From IMG/VR virus record IMGVR_UViG_3300032225_002102, positions 1 through 64,000 of that record: a stretch of DNA of 64,000 nucleotides; one strand, given 5' to 3'. This DNA comes from a virus (lineage: Duplodnaviria; Caudoviricetes). Both the position numbers and the translations under genes were made by a program. The notes beneath the pieces were generated by a model, which searched no databases, was not told where the DNA came from, and saw only the letters and a program-made list of their open reading frames with translations. This document shows positions 9,694-19,900 of this stretch, piece by piece. Within the stretch, counting starts at the first letter, position 1, and every line of letters starts with the position of its first letter.

Positions 9694-9748
9694 ACCTAAT
9701 CGTTTAGGACGTATCGAGAAGGAAAGTTTAACTTCATGTATCATAGGT

Positions 9749-9955
9749 TTATAACATAAAATTATTTAAATAAGAAGATTCAACTATAGTATAAAGTCTA
9801 TTTTTATACTGTAGTTTTTTCTTTAATATATAATATCTTTTATCTTTAAATTCTATAAAATCTCCTACCTTCCAATGATTAAATTTAGAAGAAATTTGTT
9901 TAATTTCTTTTTTTAAAAACAAATAAGAAATTATATAGATTATAGTATATCTCAT
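9749..9955 (-). CDS. Small protein with N-terminal hydrophobic segment
   Basis: ATGA overlap with upstream holin-like gene. Confidence 0.45.
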   Translation of the reverse strand: MRYTIIYIISYLFLKKEIKQISSKFNHWKVGDFIEFKDKRYYILKKKLQYKNRLYTIVESSYLNNFML

Positions 9956-10194
9956 TTTTTTAAATCTTGAATTATTTTATTTTTATCAGCACTTCCTTGA
10001 CTGCTTCCTAAATAATAATTATATACATTTTCTACTTTAGATAATAATCCTCCTAATACAAGATATAGTAAATCAGTATCAACAGAAATAATCTTTGATT
10101 TCTTAAATATAATAATCATTATTGTAATAAAAAACATTATTATAGTAGAAATTGAAATAATTGATTTTATTGAGTTTTGAAATTTATCTGACAT
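9952..10194 (-). CDS. Holin-like membrane protein
   Basis: Two hydrophobic helices and C-terminal YYLGSSQGSADK motif seen in small phage holin-like proteins. Confidence 0.6.
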   Translation of the reverse strand: MSDKFQNSIKSIISISTIIMFFITIMIIIFKKSKIISVDTDLLYLVLGGLLSKVENVYNYYLGSSQGSADKNKIIQDLKK

Positions 10195-13100
10195 ATTTCT
10201 TTAATGGATTTTTAATTGCAACTATTTTATTTCCTCCTACTTGTTTCTTACTAAGATAAGTATTACTCCATAATCCTCTTTCTACAATCTTACCATCTTT
10301 ACGTTGATACATTGGTTTTCCATTATGTATAACGTTCTTACCTCCTGTTTGTTTTTGATTCATTTTTTGTAATTGCTTATCATAATAATCAGATTTTCTT
10401 TGTTGGAATCTACCCATGCTTCCATCTGTATTTCTAATATATTCTGAACCAATTACTCTTTCTGGATTATAAAATTCAGTATTTTCTGGTGCTTGATAGT
10501 TAATATCTGGGTACTGATAATTTACTTCTTGTTGTTGATAAGGAATTGATTCTATTTGAGATAAATTATTAATTTTATTTCTTTGTAAGATTTTTACTGG
10601 TTGTATTGGTTTTTTATAAACAAATTCATTACCTTTTTCTGCATATCCACCTATTCTTGGATCTTTAGGATTATTTAAATATATAGGAGGGTATTTTGAA
10701 TCATATTGATTTTTATTAAGATATGGTTTATCACTTATTATTTTTTGATTATTATTTTGATTTTTTATTGGAACTTGATTTTTTATTTGTTTTTGTAATT
10801 CTTGTAATTTAGTAGCTTGTTCAGGATTTTGTTGAATAAGATCGTTTATAATTGCTATAGCACCAACAGCATCTTTTGCTCCTAATTTTAAAGCTTCTGT
10901 TACAATTTCTGGTTTGTAAAGATTTTTAAGTAAATCATCAAAATTATTCCAAAAAGGTTTATGAACAGCTTTTAAATTTCTCCCAATAAAATTTACTGCT
11001 CCTGTTGTTTTACCTAAAGCTTTTTGAGCTTTTAAAGCAGCAGCTACAGCAGGTTGAAAAACATCTTTTGTTTTTTGTATTGTTTTTATACCTTTAGCTA
11101 ATTTTCCTATTTTTGAAATAGCACCTACTCCTAGTAAATTTGTAGGATCTAATACTAAATCAGTAGCCATTTTCAAATACGGATGTTCTTTTGCATCTAT
11201 ACCTATACCATCAGATGGATTTTCATATTTAGGAGGAGCTTTTCTAAGACCTGCACCATATAATGCTGCTTCTGTTGCATAGGTAGCAGCTTTTGCTGGA
11301 GCAGATAATACATCATCTATTTTTTCTAACCAACCTGCTTGAGCATATTCAATTTCTCCTCCTATTTGTTTTGCAAAATTACGTGCAAAATTTGCTTTCT
11401 TCCTCATCTCAGGAGTATATCTTCCTTCTGGAGCATTTAAAATCTTACGTGCAGCTTCTTGTACACTCATACCCATTCGAGTAGCTTGTGCTTTAAATGT
11501 ACCACGCTTTGAAGGATCTAATTGTATTCCAGTTTGAGCATACATTTCATTATTTTCAGATTTACTATCTTCTTGATTCTGAAATAAAAATTCATAAATA
11601 TCTTCTGGAGTTGGAATAGATTTTAATACATCTACGTTAGCAACAAATGAATTAGCTTGTCTTTCAAAGTTTAATGGTTTATCAATATTTTTATATTTAC
11701 TTACAAGTTTCTCTCTTGATTCTAATAGTTTATCCATTAGTTTAGCTGGAGACATAGAACTTAATGGACGTTTAATACTAAGATTTAATTGTTCTGCTAA
11801 TGCTAATGCTTCTTGTGGTTTAATCTTAATTTCTTCATCTGTTCTACCATAAGTATTATCAGATTGATTTCTATTTTCTTGTGTAGCTGATAATACTGAA
11901 TTTACATTATATGTACCTTGTCCACCTTGTCCTTCAGGAACATATAAAGATTCTCCATCAATAATTAATTCATTATCATCGTGGGAAGGTATGTTAGTTA
12001 TTTTACCTACTTTACCCTGATTATCTTTTACATATTCACCATTTTCTACTATGGTAAGGTTATTAGATTCTCCACCTTGTTGTTTCATATCATATACTGT
12101 TTCTGCTCCTACAGCTCCTAATAAACCTCTATTACCATATAATTCTTTAGGTTTCATTTTTTTATACAATTTATCTACAGGTAAATAAGTAGTTCTACCA
12201 TATTTAGTAGCAAGATTACCATTATCTAAATATTTATTAGTTCTTTTAAATGAACCTAATATTTTAGGATTTTCAATAGCATAAGGTACAGCTAAACTAG
12301 TTCCATTAATCAATGCACTTTCATAATCTCCTTCTCGTAAAGCATCAGCAGCTTGATATAAATCAACTCCTGCTCCAATCATATTACTAATTTTTCCAAT
12401 TGCTTGTGCTTGAGGTAAAGGTATAAAATTACCTAAAGAACCAATATCTGTTGCTATATCTAATCCTTTTACAATAGGGGTAAATACCTTTCTTTTAAAT
12501 TCATCTTGTGCTTGTTGTCTTTCAAAAATATTTCTTACATTAGGATTTAAAGGTTTGTATTCTGAAAGAAAAGTTTGATTTTTTTCAAATTCTTGTTTTT
12601 GTTTTTCTTGATTTAATAAATCTTGTTGTAATTTAGAATAAGATTGATTTGTTTCTCTATCTAATCCTTTGTTTTTCGATCCAACCAAGTTGTTATTATC
12701 AAATAAAATAAATTTATTTTTGTTAGAATAACCATTATTAATATTATCTTTTCCATTTTGAGCATATTCAATTTCTCCTCCTGTTTGATATTTATATCTA
12801 GCTTTATTTGGTATAATATTATAAGGTTGCATTTTTCCGTATTCAGTAATAGGTGCTACTTGATCTCTAAATTTTTTAACTTTATCAACATATTCAAAAG
12901 AAAACTTTGATGGATCTGGATTATCTTTTCCTAATAAATAAAAATCAACTAAATCCTTATTGTTTACTTTACCAGGACTATTCCATTTCAAAACTGTTAA
13001 ATCAAGTTGTTGTTCTTTTGTTAAGTTTGGAAAAGATTTTTTTATAGAATTTAAATCTTCTGCTAATTTACCCATACCTGCTAATACCTCATTCTTTTTA

Positions 13101-15301
13101 GAAAGATGCCAAGTATTTTTATTTATTCCTAATAATTGAGTATTAGCAGGTAAATCTTTTTGTTTAAATACTCCTTTTGATGGAGTAGTTTCAGATACAG
13201 CAAATGGTTTTGGTTTATTATATTTAGTAGTATATAATTGATTAACTGCTTCATCTAATGTTATATTATTTGCAGCTGACAATTTTGCAGCTTCCATCTC
13301 AACAAGAGCTCTTCCTGGAAAAGGAGCAAGATCTGGATTTACAGAATATTTTAAAGCATTACCTATTTTTTTACCTGTATTAAGAATAGCTTTTACAGGA
13401 GTAGAAATACCTGTATTATTTAAAGCTTCTTGTAAAATAATTTTAGATTTAGGAAGAATTGCTCCAGGAAGTTTAGCTCCCATTTTACTTTCTTTAGTAC
13501 CTATACCAATTAATAATCTAAATAATTCATCTGCTTCATCTGTATTTAAATTATATACATCTTTTATAGTTTGTTTATTTTTATCGTAAACATTCTCGTA
13601 AGAAGATATATTTTTATCTAATACTTTAAATTTATTAGTAGCTGGTAAATCTTTTATTTCTTCTTTTACACTATTAACAAATACATCTTTTTTAATATTT
13701 TTAAATTGACTAGGTCTTACTACACTAACAATTGCATCATCTCCTCCATAAAAATTCCCCATAATAGGATTATTATACATACCACTAGTAGCTCCACTTT
13801 CTAGCATGTAAGGTACAGTAAATTCTTCTTCTCCTACTTTTAATTTTCCTCTACCTGATATAGTTGCTGCATGATTTACTCTTTGATCAGAAAAATAACC
13901 AAGTTCTTGTGTAGGATGATTAAATTCTCCTTTACCCATTAAAACTCTATCTCCTATTTGTAAATCATTATAATCTAAAGGTATACCTAAAGATTTATCA
14001 AAAATTAATTCTCCATCATTAGATAATGTTTTAGATAACATATTCCACGCATTATGAGCATTATCTTCGTAATCATAAGCTTTTCCTGTTAAATTAGTGT
14101 AAAATTTATTTGATGCACTATTAGCTGATTTAGCACAAGGTGATCCAGGTAAACAATATTGTTCTTTTTGTAATCTAGCTGCTTTTTGTTGTTTAATATT
14201 ATCAAAATAATTTAAATCTTTTACTAAATGTAAAGGTAATACTTTATTAGGTAATCTTTGAGAAACTTCAGGTAAACCATATTCAACAGGATTTCTTCTT
14301 ATCTCATAATCTATAATATCAGAATAAGGTTCTAACTCTTTTCTTACATCATAATTTACATAAGTATCATCTAAATAATTATTTACTCTTGGATATAGTA
14401 CATCACCTTGTCCTACTACTTTATCTCCAATTAAAGCTTCTTTAGCTTGAGCACTATACTTATTAACATTATTCTTTAATATTTTACCTGCTTGTACACC
14501 TCTATTAAGAGCAAATTGAGTTAATTCTCTTGCATCAGTTAAGGGTCTTATTAAGTTATTTGGATTTAAATACTTAGATAAACCTGCACCTGGGAGACTT
14601 AATAAAGCATCTCCATATTCTCCTTGTGCTAGATCAACAGCAGTATTAGCAATAGCATTTCCAGCATTATAAACTTCTCCTACAACAGGTACAGGAGATA
14701 ATGCTAATCCTAATAGATTTGCTTTATCTTGTCTTGAATTAATTCTTTTATCTCTATCTACTTTATATCCTATATTTTTTACAGCTTTTGTAGTAGGAGT
14801 ACTATTACCTTGTTTTAATTGAGGTTGCTTTTCTTCAAACAATCTTTTTTGATTAGCTTGATTTATTCTATCTATTTCTAGCTTAGATAATCTTAGTTGA
14901 GGTACAGGTCTATCTGATTTGTAACCTCCTCCAGTTTGAGCATTATCAACATCTCCACCAGTTTGCCATAGTACTTTTCTACTCCAATGGTTTGCTGAAA
15001 ATATATCATCTTTAGTTAATTGTCCACTACCATTTCTAATACCTCCACTACGTGATAAATAATTTTTTCTTCTATCTTTATCGTGGTGTTGAGTATAATC
15101 TTCCATACCCCTCAAACCAAATTTAACAAGTTTATACTTATCTCCTTTTTTAGCAACTACCATTTTCTTGTGGGAATCACCTTGTGGAGCATTTTTAACT
15201 TGGTTAACTCCAGAGAATCCAAGTTTCTTATATCTATCTGGTAATCCACCAGATTGCATATAATCCTCATTTTCATATATATATTTTTTCAACTTATTCA
15301 T
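10184..15301 (-). CDS. 1705-aa mosaic virion protein (papain-like amidase, lysozyme-like, TG-like and small basic modules)
   Basis: CLPGSPCAKS..NAWNM..LQIGDRV..HAATI..MLES (papain/NlpC-P60-like); IGIGTKES..GVFKQ..KWNSPG (SLT-like); 11 QxGG/YAQxG motifs. Confidence 0.65.
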   Translation of the reverse strand: MNKLKKYIYENEDYMQSGGLPDRYKKLGFSGVNQVKNAPQGDSHKKMVVAKKGDKYKLVKFGLRGMEDYTQHHDKDRRKNYLSRSGGIRNGSGQLTKDDIFSANHWSRKVLWQTGGDVDNAQTGGGYKSDRPVPQLRLSKLEIDRINQANQKRLFEEKQPQLKQGNSTPTTKAVKNIGYKVDRDKRINSRQDKANLLGLALSPVPVVGEVYNAGNAIANTAVDLAQGEYGDALLSLPGAGLSKYLNPNNLIRPLTDARELTQFALNRGVQAGKILKNNVNKYSAQAKEALIGDKVVGQGDVLYPRVNNYLDDTYVNYDVRKELEPYSDIIDYEIRRNPVEYGLPEVSQRLPNKVLPLHLVKDLNYFDNIKQQKAARLQKEQYCLPGSPCAKSANSASNKFYTNLTGKAYDYEDNAHNAWNMLSKTLSNDGELIFDKSLGIPLDYNDLQIGDRVLMGKGEFNHPTQELGYFSDQRVNHAATISGRGKLKVGEEEFTVPYMLESGATSGMYNNPIMGNFYGGDDAIVSVVRPSQFKNIKKDVFVNSVKEEIKDLPATNKFKVLDKNISSYENVYDKNKQTIKDVYNLNTDEADELFRLLIGIGTKESKMGAKLPGAILPKSKIILQEALNNTGISTPVKAILNTGKKIGNALKYSVNPDLAPFPGRALVEMEAAKLSAANNITLDEAVNQLYTTKYNKPKPFAVSETTPSKGVFKQKDLPANTQLLGINKNTWHLSKKNEVLAGMGKLAEDLNSIKKSFPNLTKEQQLDLTVLKWNSPGKVNNKDLVDFYLLGKDNPDPSKFSFEYVDKVKKFRDQVAPITEYGKMQPYNIIPNKARYKYQTGGEIEYAQNGKDNINNGYSNKNKFILFDNNNLVGSKNKGLDRETNQSYSKLQQDLLNQEKQKQEFEKNQTFLSEYKPLNPNVRNIFERQQAQDEFKRKVFTPIVKGLDIATDIGSLGNFIPLPQAQAIGKISNMIGAGVDLYQAADALREGDYESALINGTSLAVPYAIENPKILGSFKRTNKYLDNGNLATKYGRTTYLPVDKLYKKMKPKELYGNRGLLGAVGAETVYDMKQQGGESNNLTIVENGEYVKDNQGKVGKITNIPSHDDNELIIDGESLYVPEGQGGQGTYNVNSVLSATQENRNQSDNTYGRTDEEIKIKPQEALALAEQLNLSIKRPLSSMSPAKLMDKLLESREKLVSKYKNIDKPLNFERQANSFVANVDVLKSIPTPEDIYEFLFQNQEDSKSENNEMYAQTGIQLDPSKRGTFKAQATRMGMSVQEAARKILNAPEGRYTPEMRKKANFARNFAKQIGGEIEYAQAGWLEKIDDVLSAPAKAATYATEAALYGAGLRKAPPKYENPSDGIGIDAKEHPYLKMATDLVLDPTNLLGVGAISKIGKLAKGIKTIQKTKDVFQPAVAAALKAQKALGKTTGAVNFIGRNLKAVHKPFWNNFDDLLKNLYKPEIVTEALKLGAKDAVGAIAIINDLIQQNPEQATKLQELQKQIKNQVPIKNQNNNQKIISDKPYLNKNQYDSKYPPIYLNNPKDPRIGGYAEKGNEFVYKKPIQPVKILQRNKINNLSQIESIPYQQQEVNYQYPDINYQAPENTEFYNPERVIGSEYIRNTDGSMGRFQQRKSDYYDKQLQKMNQKQTGGKNVIHNGKPMYQRKDGKIVERGLWSNTYLSKKQVGGNKIVAIKNPLKKYVR
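11339..11363. repeat. 25-bp exact repeat, second copy 12758-12782, encoding GGEIEYAQ
   Basis: TTGAGCATATTCAATTTCTCCTCCT at both sites, at module junctions. Confidence 0.85.
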
Positions 15302-15494
15302 TTATAATTGTATTTAAGTAAGAACAGAATTCGTAACATTCTGATTTCTCACAAGCTCTTAAAAACCAAATTAAATCTTCTTTCTTAGAATCTTTTATAA
15401 ATAACTTTACTTCACCTAAATTCTTGAACAAGTTTTTAGGATTTATAATTTCATTATACTTTTCTTCTAAATATATTGCTTCTATCTCGTTCAT
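15294..15494 (-). CDS. Small hypothetical protein, UVR-like tail
   Basis: Overlaps both neighbours; ACEKSECYEFC. Confidence 0.5.
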   Translation of the reverse strand: MNEIEAIYLEEKYNEIINPKNLFKNLGEVKLFIKDSKKEDLIWFLRACEKSECYEFCSYLNTIINE

Positions 15495-16927
15495 CCTAGT
15501 ACACTCCTTTCTTTAAATCTATTATTAGAATTAGGATTAAATTTATCTAAACTTAAATTAAATAAATCTTGTTCTTCTATTCTCTTGCGATTACTTTCTT
15601 GTGAACCTAACATAACTGCAGTTGCTCCAGTAGCATTAGATAAACCTCGTGCTTTAAAATCTTGAGCACTTCTACCTAAACCTAATAAAGGTTCTAATAA
15701 AGGAGCAGCTCCTGCTAAAGCAGTAGCAGCACCAGCAATATTAGATGAACCATTACTTTTTTGAGTAGTGTTAGGAGTTGTTAATTGATTAAAATTATTT
15801 TGTTGTCCCAACATTGTTTGATTATATGTACTATTTGAACTCATATCTAAAGGTTCAGATTGAGAACCATACATTGGTTTAGTATCATAAGTATCTGATG
15901 TAATATTCATTGCTTTATCTTCTGCTGTTTTTGGAGTAGAAAATGTTTCTCTTAAATTATTATTATCTGGATTAATATTTTTATTTTGTGTGTTTAAACC
16001 TGCTGTTTTAGATAGAGAATTTGAAGGAGAATAACTATTAATATTATTATTAGTAGTTCCCATACTACTATTTTCATTATTTTGTTTTTGGGTATTATCT
16101 GCCATATTAGATAACATATTACCTAATGTATTCCCTAAACCCATTTTTCCTTCTTTATCATAAGTTAAAATACCAGCTTGTGCATAGTTATAACCTCCTG
16201 TTTGTTTTATATAATCAGAGGTTTTCATATTATATGTTTCTGGTTGATTACTTGCTTTTCCTGTAAGATAATCTAAAGCTCCTTTTTCTCCTCTAAAATG
16301 CACTAGTTTTGCTAATTTATCAGTATCCATATTAAATCCTTTATTCTTTAATCTTTTTACTGCTGGAAGAAGTTCTTCGGGTAAATAATACTCATTATAG
16401 AATTTATCCTGTGCTTCTGGATTATTAAGAAATTCTTCTTTAGTTCTAACTCCAGTAAATGCTTTTATTTCATCTTGCCATCCTGTACCTGGTCTAGTTC
16501 CCCATAAAAACTGATATTTACCAGCAGCAGAACTATTAGGATTTACAGCTCTATAATCTCCACCAGATTCTTTTCTTACAATATCATCAGTAAAAGAACC
16601 ATAGTTCCCATTAGTTTTTTCTCTAGTATTATTTGTATTATTTGCATTAACATTTTTAAAATTATCTACTCTTGATCTGTATCTACTACTTTCTAAAACT
16701 TCTTTGAAATCTGGAGTAAACCAATCAGAAATTTCTTCAATATCTTCATCTTCTTTTTCTTCCTGTTCTATAATTTGACTTACTTTTTTAACTTCCTCAT
16801 TATCTATAAATTGAGAAAGATAATCATCATCTTCATAAAGAGATTCATCATCTGATTCTCCCTGATCTGTATATTGAGAAAGGTATTCGTTATCTTCGTA
16901 TATAGGGTCTAATTCAAAATTTTCCAT
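15491..16927 (-). CDS. Virion-associated lytic transglycosylase-domain protein
   Basis: IVRKESGGDYRAVN..SSAAGKYQF lysozyme-like motifs; acidic N-terminus; KQTGGYNYAQAG linker. Confidence 0.75.
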   Translation of the reverse strand: MENFELDPIYEDNEYLSQYTDQGESDDESLYEDDDYLSQFIDNEEVKKVSQIIEQEEKEDEDIEEISDWFTPDFKEVLESSRYRSRVDNFKNVNANNTNNTREKTNGNYGSFTDDIVRKESGGDYRAVNPNSSAAGKYQFLWGTRPGTGWQDEIKAFTGVRTKEEFLNNPEAQDKFYNEYYLPEELLPAVKRLKNKGFNMDTDKLAKLVHFRGEKGALDYLTGKASNQPETYNMKTSDYIKQTGGYNYAQAGILTYDKEGKMGLGNTLGNMLSNMADNTQKQNNENSSMGTTNNNINSYSPSNSLSKTAGLNTQNKNINPDNNNLRETFSTPKTAEDKAMNITSDTYDTKPMYGSQSEPLDMSSNSTYNQTMLGQQNNFNQLTTPNTTQKSNGSSNIAGAATALAGAAPLLEPLLGLGRSAQDFKARGLSNATGATAVMLGSQESNRKRIEEQDLFNLSLDKFNPNSNNRFKERSVLG

Positions 16928-19900
16928 TATCTATTCGATTTACTTGTTTTTGTAAATAATCCTTTGTAAATATATTGATATTTTGTTTCAATATCATTAA
17001 TTAATCTAATTTTTGTTTGGTTACTTCTAATCTTTTTAACTCCCATATTTGCATCTTTGTAACTAAAAGCACTAATATTCAACTCTTTATCTACATTATT
17101 AGAGTTGTTTAACCAAATTGGAGTTTCTGGTTTAGCTAAATCTTCAAACTGATTAAATGAATGAAGTTCTTCTTTATGATTAATTAAAATCTTTCTTCTA
17201 TCATTTAATTTAATAGGATAAAGAGTACTTTCTCTAACATCATTTGTTTTATTTATTAGTTCTAGCAATCCAGAATTTTGTAAACGATTATATATTACTG
17301 CTTTATTAAATGATTTATTTGGTTTAAAATAGAAATCATAATCATTTACATATTTTACCACATCAAGGTAAAAATTAACATCTTCAATTATTTCTTGTTC
17401 TAATTTAGTTTTAGTTGAAGATTCGATAATAAATGGATACTTTTTACCATAATAAGTTTGAAATGATTTATTAGTAACAGAATGTTTCCAAACTCCACCT
17501 TGCGTACCACTATCAAAATTATCTATATTCTCAATATAAAAATTTGGTAAAAACGAGTGGAAACTCATCCAAGATTTAGTATGAAAATTATATGATAATG
17601 TCCAACATTTTGAACTAAAATAACGTTTATCTTTTAAATCTAAAATGTTATTGTTAATTGTAAAGTTTTCTCCATTATAAATTATATTATCTAATAAAGG
17701 AGAGTAATCTAATTTAGTAATGTAAAAACAATTAAATCTATTATCATATACCATTGATAATCCTATTCCATTAAAAGCATTATCAATATTTACATTTGGA
17801 AAATGTTTTTCAATTTGAAAAGGTAAGTTTTCCTTAAACCAATTCCTCATATTATGATTAGAAATTTCTTCTAATCCTTGTCCATTATTAGCAAGTACAA
17901 AAACATTTCCTCTTTTAGAATCTACTGAAATATGTCCAAAAGGAGTATTAAGTAATGCTTTATGTTGAGTACCAAAATAACCTACAGTTGGTTTAGTAAA
18001 TTTAACTGGTTTATTTCCAAATATATTCCCTACTGATAATAAAGCAGTATCTTGATTAGTATTAATTTCAATATATGCATTAAATACAGAAGCACTATTT
18101 TCTTGTCTTACTAAAACTTTATTTCCTTCAATTCCTTTTATAGATATTAATCTACCATCTTTTAATTCAAAATCATAATAATCTAAAGCTCTATTAATCA
18201 AATAGTTATCAGGTAAATAATTATCATCTATTTCACTTGATTGTGAAGTATAAATAACTCTTTGTGGAAAATTAGATTTGCAATCAACTTCTCCTTTAAA
18301 GAAATTATCATATTGAAAATTAACTGATTCAGTAGATTGCTTACTATAACTTTTATCATAAATATAAAAATTATCTTGTTTTGGTGAAACATTCTTTTCC
18401 TGTAACCAAAAAGATAAATCTTGTTGATGTGGATAAAAATCTTGTTCTAATTCTTTACCTCTATCACGTAAATCAGTATTAATTGTTGATTCAGTAATAT
18501 AAGAGGGAACTCCATAATAATAAAGATACATTAATCCTTTTACTGAATTAAGTGGAATTTCAAGTTCTCCTTCTATAACCAAACAATCAAGTTTATAATT
18601 AGGTGATTTAAACCATTTAGTAATATCAAATACAGAATTTTTAAGTATTTTCAATAAATCTCTAATTAAACTTGTTGGAATAAATCCTGTAAAAGGAAAT
18701 GCAAATATATTATTTTCTAAATTAGAAATATAAGTTGGTTCTTCTTTTACTAAAGTATCAAAGAAATACGAAGGATAAGCTACGTTAGGTATTAATGAAT
18801 AATTAATATCTGTAGAATCGGGTAATCTAAATGTAGAGTTATTAAAAAATAAATGTTTACGTTTAAAAGAAAAACGATTTATAAAAGTATCTCCACCAAA
18901 TATAGATATATTAGAATCAGTTAATTTAAAACTACCCGAAGTTGTTTCTAACCAATTAATATCAAAAATAGAACCATATTGATTTAATCTGTTATTCTTA
19001 ATAGAAGCATAATAACTTGCTATTTTAGTTGAAGTAGTGTTATTACAATCACATTCATTTTTTATAACTAATGTTGTAGTAGTTGTATAAGGAAGACAAT
19101 TTTCAACTACTGAAATATCTAAATCCCCAAGATCTAATTTTCTATTTGCAAAAGTACCAACATATTGTTTAGTATAAATACTTCTATAACAAGGTGTTGC
19201 TGTAATAATTAAATTAGAATCTGCTGTTTTAAATTGATCTATTTTTTCACCAACAACAAACCATCTTCCAGGAGATAGTTCCTCAAAATCTTGCTGACTA
19301 TTACCAGGATCATTTCCTGCAACAGATAAAGGAGTACATAGTTTTCCCCATACTGCAAATAAACCTTGTGTAGCTGTTATTTTAAATTTATAACAATTAA
19401 TAGTATCAGTACTATCTATATTAGTTGTTGTAAGACTTGATACATCTTTTAAAGTAATTCTTGATTCATCTATATTTGTTGTAGATGGTAAATTTTGATT
19501 TACTGATAAATAAACAGAACTTTCTCTACCGTAATTATTAAAGAATTTTCCATCTCTTAAAGTAACTTTAGAATTAGCATCTAAATATTCTCCATTTACA
19601 ATATTACGAATTTTATTTCCGTTATTAGCTAATGTAGAAATCTGGTTATATTTACCAACAGCTTGATATTGATATTGATAATCACGATAATTACTAAGTA
19701 GTTTTAATATAGTTAAAAACTTTTCTGCTTCAGCTAATTTAACTGAAGATTTAAAAGTTAAACTACTAAAAGAAAAGAAAGGTGAATTTTGAGCTAAATT
19801 AGACCCTATCATTCCTCCTAATACTCCTCCCAGAGCACCAACAACAGCAGAACCTACTTGTGGTGGTATTCCAAAAGCAGCAGCTGTTGCTCCTCCTACT

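Noticed and set aside
9692-9749. Pistol, twister or HDV-like ribozyme
   Set aside because: Some pairing is present, but I could not place a full catalytic consensus; more likely a terminator between convergent units.
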